A stretch of 64,000 bases of DNA from Chrysomallon squamiferum. Taxonomy: Eukaryota > Animalia > Mollusca. The notes under the pieces were generated by a model. The model saw nothing but the letters and a program-made list of their open reading frames with translations, was not told the DNA's origin and did no database searches. Each line of letters starts with the position of its first letter. Position 1 is the stretch's first letter. Of this stretch, positions 1-64,000 are shown in pieces. The DNA lies in the NCBI GenBank assembly GCA_012295275.1, contig CM022671.1, positions 19,592,001-19,656,000 on the forward strand, in the 5' to 3' direction. The position numbers and the translations under genes are program-made.

Positions 1-53
1 AAACAACATACATACATACATACATACAAACATACATATATAAATGCACAGAA

Positions 54-100
<47 letters not shown>

Positions 101-110
101 AATACATACA
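1..110. repeat. (CATA)n/(CA)n microsatellite
   Basis: Direct inspection. Confidence 0.9.
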
Positions 111-579
111 TAAACAGCTTAGTCCAGACAAATGTGGATAATGTGACATTACATTATGAAACAGTATTTGCCCTGATATAGACTATCCTGTGACGATGCG
201 AGCCTTTACCTAGTTTAAGCCTGTCCTCTATTGATGGGGAGCGTAATAAAATACATTGAAAGTCACGTCTACAAACATAAAAACACTGTCTCGTCATTAA
301 TACAATCATTACTCATAAGAAGAGTACATTGTTATTCGGTTTGTTAACGAGATCAGTTCACAAAAATAGTTGTCTGTTGAAAGCGGTTTGTACCTTAAGC
401 GAATTGTTTGGGTTTTTTCAAAATATATTCACAGCTAGGTATATCTATATTTCAGTCTAAACAAATTTAAAAACAGAGGATGGACTATTTATGGTTTAGA
501 AATTAATCATTTTGACAGTAGATTTTTCATCAACATGTTTCCCCATTTCAAAATAAATATTTAGGTTTCTATATTAGGT

Positions 580-714
580 TGGTTTTTGTTTTGTTTGTTG
601 TTGTTGTTTTTTTTGTTTCTTTTTTTGGTGTTTTTTTTTTTTTTTTTTTTTTTTTTTTTCTTTTTTTTTTTTTTTTTGTTTTTTTTTTTTTTTTTTTTGT
701 TTTTGTTTTTTTTG
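580..714. repeat. Poly-T low-complexity tract
   Basis: About 135 nt, almost all T with scattered G/C. Confidence 0.9.
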
Positions 715-1187
715 TACTGGGAATAGTTAACAATGTAAGAAATATTTTCCAAGTTATTTGCTACAGAAATCTTTGGAAACTTGCAGGAAGGGAGATAACT
801 CTGTGATCTCATTTAATTGCTATTGAAACTGCTTTACATAGAGATAAATAGAAATCTATTAGTAGGTCACAAGGTCAGTATGTCGGCTTACGTATATTTT
901 GCCACATTAAAATTAATCTTTGAATGAGAATTTGACATATTAGAACTTATTACAGAGCAACCGTATTCTGAAAACACAGTCTGTAAAATGCTTAAATCTG
1001 CTCATAGTAATCATCAGTATCTAAACTATTTATTTATTTATTTATTTATTAATACATAAGATGAAAAAGAATATCCCACCTGCCCATCCATACATACACA
1101 TACACATATACATAAATACTTTGTTAAATATGTTTGGTAAGTCAGAGCAAGTTACAGACGATGAATTAAAAAAAAAAAAAAAAAAAA

Positions 1188-1243
<56 letters not shown>

Positions 1244-1519
1244 TATAAAATAAAATTAAAATATAGCAAGGACAAAGAAATATTGTTTCAAAGAAACATT
1301 TATTTAAAAATGTAACTGCAAAGAATTTTAACTTTTTTTAATTTGGTGTCTTGTTTCTAATTTTTTCTATTATTAGAAACTGATTTTCATTATATTTTGA
1401 AACAAACAGCTATATATATATATATGAAGTAAATAATATATTTTGAAAAATTAATGTCCGTAGTGAGCTTTAATAATAATGCTGACGACCAAGTCGAATA
1501 AGGTACTTGACGGATCAGT

Positions 1520-1767
1520 GATGAGAATAATATTGACAATTATTATAACGATGACGAAAACAACGACGATAGCGATGTTGATGACAATTTTTACGATGTG
1601 CCTACCTTAACTGTGATTATGAAGACGATAATGCTGAAGACGACTTCGATGACTGTGATAATGGTGATATTAAAGACGATGATGATGGAGATGATACTGC
1701 GGAAGACGATGGCAACCATGACAATGATGATTATTTCAACGGTGATGATGATCATTACACGTTTTAA
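1520..1767. repeat. Degenerate (GAT/GAC)n trinucleotide region
   Basis: GAY-rich periodicity with one phase shift near 1600-1615. Confidence 0.75.
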
Positions 1768-2372
1768 TTCTAATTCAGCATAAAGCAGTATACGTTTCAC
1801 AATTCATATTTTCATTCCAAACAACAATTTCTAGATTTATTCACTCTGGTCATCAAGTGCTTCTTAGAATTCGAGAGTAACCTAGCTCGCAGACACTTCA
1901 CCTTAATTATATCAATTTATTGAATTCATCAGTGTCCCCTATCATTCAACGGTTTATAGATATTGCTTCAGTTGATGACTGTGTAATAAACGGTCTCTGT
2001 CGGAGTTTATATCACCGATGTCAAAACAAATTGGTATTGATTCATCGTTACTTTGCAGTTTGATGTCATCATTCCGTTAGCTTTTCGCTTTCTTCTCTTC
2101 GCGTCTTCGCACCAGACAGAAACTTATTACAAACATTCCGACTTTCCATACATAAACCAAGTATAAATTTTATTCGGTCTAGTGTGTAGCATTGTTTCCA
2201 TATTATTTATACGTTTTCTTTAGATGATTTGATCATAAAACTGACGTCTATATGACGATGCTTTTACAATTATGTGCATTGTTCCATCGTTCCTTAATTA
2301 ATAACATCATTTGATTGTAATTCATTTATAATATTTAAAACATTGGTGTGTATGTGTATATATGTATGTGTA

Positions 2373-2406
<34 letters not shown>

Positions 2407-4339
2407 GTTATGAAAAAGATAAACTGAAATTAATATTTTGTGAACGCGTGTGTGTGTGCGTGTCTGTGTGTCTATATTTGTTTTTACGCATGCATGTTTG
2501 TATGTATGTATATATGTATGTGTGTGTGTGTGTGTGTGTGTGTATGACTATGCAAGAATAAATTATGTATAATTATAATAAATTTTAATTCATATTTATA
2601 TTGTACTGAAACTGATAGTTGTCAAATAACAAGTTGTGCTATAAATAGTGAAATGTTAAAGTAACCTATATTCATACTGTTTAGCGTAGGTCTTTGTACA
2701 GTGATTATACTATGTTTATACTTGTTTTGTTTCGTTACAAATAAGGCAAATTCCATATCTGTTTGCGAACTATTTATATTGAGAAAACGTTACATTATAA
2801 ACACTCGCCTGTACTTCTTATTTCTGTTTTCTGTATCATATTTCTCAGCTATTGTATTCTAAACAATGTCACACATCTGTTGCGTATTTTAAAGACCTGT
2901 ACAGAGTTGTTTGTCGGGTTTTATGTGCAGGTAGAAAGTATTTCGTACAGGATAATTCTAGACCTTTAAGTAACCTTTTATTAACAAGTTTCAGTTGAAA
3001 CATTTATTTCTTTTGTTATTTTCATTCTGAAAAAAATGAACGTTTTAAAATGTAACACATATGCAGTTTTACAGATGTGCTCAACTCTCTCTTTCGTGTC
3101 TGTATCTATCGTTTTATCTCAGGATTGATCAGTCCATCCATTAGTCTGTCTATTTATCGATCCGTCCATCTATCTCTGTATCATTCGCTGTCTCTCTCTT
3201 TCTCTCTCCACCTCTCTCACTGTATTGTTTGTTTGGGGTTTTGTGGGGTTTATGGGGGGTACTCTTTATTTCAAATGTTACCTCCATATATGACTAAAAT
3301 TAAGTTATCCTAGTGTTAATAGTGATATACTTGTAGATGTAGCAGCAGCAATAATAGGAGTAACAGTAGTAGTAAAGAAGGTATGTTAAGTGTTCATTCT
3401 ACGTCGAAGTGAATACTGAAGTTAACAAACCTGTTATAAAAAGCTTTAATCTTGGATCAGTACTAGCAAAAAAAAGAAAAAAAAGAAACACCTGATGTTA
3501 TAAGTCTTTATCCTGATGCGTTCAGCCATTTAAACCTACGAAATGAAGCGTAACATAATCCGAAATCGGTATTAATGAAACATCTATTATTAGTATGACA
3601 AGATGACATATCTTTTGTTAATATGAGTCTTCACTGAGTGTCTAACACAGCTACAGTAAAAAATAGGCTTTTAATGAATTAGAATTCAGCTAATTATAAG
3701 TATTTGAGCGGTTACGGTTAATGGTTATTAATGATACGCGGCAGCCAAACTGTCTACATAATACGCTAATATAACGAGGCTGTTTAAAGGTTATCTCTCG
3801 TCAACAGAACTCTCTAAGCAAAGCGTATTGTGCCTTGTCTCAAGCTTTTAAGTGGACGTTAGTTCATTTCTGAAGTTCATTAGACCGGCTTCAATCTTCT
3901 TCTTTTTTTAATAGTTATTATTCAGAAACCACTTCTGCATAGCAGAGTAGGCATGTCACTTCACTAAGAAAGAAATACAACAAAAGCCGAATAATCCGAG
4001 TATTTCTTCTACTCTGAATGCAGTATTTACAAACATAAGACTACCTTGATCGATAACATTATTTGGACTTCCATTTCTTTTTCCAGCTCATACGGCATTT
4101 TGACATTCGATAATAAAATGCATTTGTGTTGGAATTTATTGTATTTTTTTGCTTTGAATAAAAAGACCTGTACTAATCGTGCCTAGAGACTCCACAACGA
4201 TTTTTAGACAAAATATGTGACACAAACAGTTTTAATACCAAATAACTCCATTTATCATAATCAGTGCATGGGACAACATAATTTGCTTGCTTTACAGTTT
4301 AAGAACGTCTAAGAAAGTGTCTGTGGTGAAATAAGTTTT

Positions 4340-5297
4340 GGCTCTGACAGAAAGGGGCGGGCATGTTTGTCACTCAGATAACGTGTAATTTATTTCATTG
4401 CTGTAGCTTATGTCGCTCATTTTGCAGTAATTGTTTGGTTTCATGTGTGTATAATCAGCATTTTGTTTATTAATTCCTACGTAAACGCCTGTGTTATCAA
4501 ACGTCAAACTGTCACAAAAGCTAAAAAAAAAAAAAAAAAAAAATATTCGAGTAAACAATCAGGCATCAGATTTATTTATACATTACTTTGATTTTGTCTT
4601 GATACAGTTTTTATTCAGAATAAATTGTAAATCAGCTGCTAAGTAATAATATACTTTCTAAACCTTTGTCGGTAACATCTTCACATATTACATTGCTGAT
4701 AAAGTAACATTCTCAGTTTCACGTTTGCTCGTTTTGCTGACGAATAGCCTACCTTTAACGATGTAAAAAAAAAAAAAAAAAAAAAAAATACCTGCATGGC
4801 TTACACAAACAAACTGGAACATTTGTATCAGATCTTTTATATCCTTGATGGCTGACACACTGTTTCGTCGTTTCTTATTCGCAACTGTTGGAGTGGAAAC
4901 GTAACGTGATGCATCACACTGCTCCGAAAGAAGGCCAGATGAGAAGTAAACTAAGTGAACAACTCGCTCAGCGCTTGTCGGAAGTTTTCGTTGTCTCGCT
5001 TTCGTTCGGCACACGTCTCTCGCTCATTGGACATCTTCTCCACTCTCGCATCTGACGGCGCGACATACGTTTTTCTTTAGGGCTGCTGGTTTATTGATGT
5101 AAGCTATGCGAGACACAAAGAGGGTTAGTAAATGGGTTGTGCTGTTATGAAATACGGCTGTATTACTAGGGATACTTCTTCATCGCTCGGCTTTAGTTTT
5201 CTTCTTCGGTTTTAACATTCGCATGGAGAGATCAACAAACACGTTCTGTCTATGATTGCGAGGAATATTAAAATAAAATATATATTAAAATTTAGTC
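4340..5297 (+). promoter_or_regulatory. Putative promoter/5'UTR region
   Basis: GC box GGGGCGGG at 4354-4361 and a relatively CpG-rich stretch at about 4850-5260, directly upstream of the ATG. The TSS cannot be determined. Confidence 0.4.
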
Positions 5298-62504
<57,207 letters not shown>

Positions 62505-62512
62505 CAACAGTG

Positions 62513-62518
62513 AATAAA
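62513..62518 (+). promoter_or_regulatory. Candidate proximal polyadenylation signal
   Basis: AATAAA lies 8 nt after the stop. Many further AATAAA occur downstream, so the site actually used is unknown. Confidence 0.3.
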
Positions 62519-63972
62519 AACGCTTCACTTTACCATATCAAATCAACGCAAAGGAAAACAGTAGTGTATTACCCATAATTCTGCGGTGTTACCGGAACTC
62601 TCGTCATAATTCTTGTTCCTTTGTCCTTCACTTCGATTATTCTTTCTTGATTTCTTTTTTTCCCTCATTGGACTAAAATTAACAATTTCTGGGGCACCAA
62701 ATGAATAAATAATTATTGAATACATTTTCAGTTGATTTCTTCAAATGCTGAAGATTTTATGGGACCGAATAAGCAGCTTCTCTAGATCGAACTGAATTTT
62801 TTACCAAAAAAAAAAAAAAATATATAATAATAAAGAAATTTTGAAAGGATGTGTCGTTGTAGATAAATTGTAAACAGCACCACTGAAGATCTAAATAATA
62901 TAATAAAATGGAATGCGGAAAGATTTATTTTATTCCTTCAGCGGGCCGCTTTTTCTCCGGCCCTTTTAGAAAGTTTGATTTGTGTTCTTCGTTGTGAACA
63001 ACGACTGTTGAATGTGGCGAAGAGAAAAAAAAAAAAAAAAAATTTTATTTGCTGAATTTATGTGTGTTATTAATTCATGTTATATAATGGAACAGTGTTA
63101 GATATATATAGCCAAAACAACAAAAATATTTATTGTCTGTTTTTTTGTGTGTTTTTTTTAACATTGTTGTTTCTTTTTGTTTGTTGTGTGTATTTTGTTT
63201 CGAAATAATATTTATACATATGCACAAGCACCTATACAAGAAGTAGTAAATTATTTGAAACCTTTTTTTTTTTAACTTGTTTAAATAAAAATGTTTTTAA
63301 AAAATACCACATTTTAGTGCTAAAAACACGTTCCCATATTAGGGAAAGAAATCTCATTTATTTGCATAATAATAATAAAATAATGATGATGTTATTATTT
63401 ATTTATTTATTTATTGATTTATTTATTCATTTATTTTAAATTAACTCTTTTTTTTTTTTTACAAAAAAACAAAACAACAACATTACATTACGTATTAATT
63501 TTAAACTTTTTAAAACTTATTCAGTAATTAGAAATATGATACGAAAATAAAACTGTGACACGATATCTTCTCCAGACAGTGTTTGAATCGTTGTTTTTTC
63601 TTCTTCTTCTTTTTAAGAATGAATGAATGAATTCTTCTCTAGCGACTTTACAATATATTTTCATAACTATACTCATCACCGATTAATATTATGGGTCATT
63701 TCATGCATTTTTCCATACACAGTGCAGAACGTAACATTGTTTTTGGTAAGGCAGTTATAGGACACTAAATAAAGCAAGACATAACCCAGTTTTAAATGCA
63801 ATAAGGTAACAATAATAATATTATATTTTTCTACCCTCTTCCTAAATTATGAACATAAATATTTAATAAAAAAAATAAACATAACTGCAGTTACAAGGCC
63901 ACATTAAAATGTTAAAATTTACAAAAATTAAATAAAATAAAAATTAAATATTTCTATTTAATATTTAGGTAA

Positions 63973-64000
63973 TGTGTGTGTGTGTGTGTGTGTGTGTGTG
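63973..64000. repeat. (TG)n microsatellite at the window end
   Basis: Direct inspection. Confidence 0.9.

Noticed and set aside
561-1275. Poly-K, poly-F and poly-Y ORFs
   Set aside because: Homopolymer and trinucleotide artefacts. The same applies to ORFs at 5910-6120, 6911-7291, 16102-16407, 23796-24237, 36036-36236 and 61960-62246.
1920-2180. Minus-strand fragment VGMFVISFCLVRRREEKKAKS resembling a TM end with stop-transfer signal
   Set aside because: Interrupted by stops, with no recognisable family or splice structure; cannot be supported without a database search.
4688-5014. 108-aa antisense ORF head-to-head with the gene
   Set aside because: Non-ATG start, runs through a homopolymer, no domain; explained by the GC-richer promoter composition.
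62943-62967. GGGCCG-loop-CGGCCC hairpin followed by TTTT, resembling an intrinsic terminator
   Set aside because: Eukaryotic 3' region; a 6-bp stem can arise by chance. At most a 3'UTR structure.

Overview
This is eukaryotic, very AT-rich, microsatellite-dense animal genomic DNA. The repeat style and SINE relics suggest a lophotrochozoan, probably a mollusc (inference). Almost the whole window is one + strand gene, a natriuretic-peptide-receptor-like (NPR1/NPR2, GC-A/GC-B type) receptor guanylyl cyclase. I reconstructed 22 coding exons from ATG 5298 to TGA 62504, all with GT-AG introns in compatible phases. The protein has a signal peptide, ANF-receptor ligand-binding domain, one TM helix, pseudokinase domain, coiled coil and cyclase domain, about 1068 aa. 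Exon 1 is broken by a 1-nt frameshift at ACC CTT TGA (5472-5480). A second, compensated indel pair appears likely at 5400-5408. The introns (intron 1 is 22 kb) contain a hAT MITE with a perfect 8-bp TSD, tRNA-SINE relics, a 25-bp minisatellite carrying 12 CACGTG E-boxes, several degenerate minisatellites, a decayed tandem copy of the catalytic exon-20 end, and strand-biased (TTA)n tracts. I found no prokaryotic systems, CRISPR arrays or other convincing genes. Most ORF-track entries are microsatellite artefacts.
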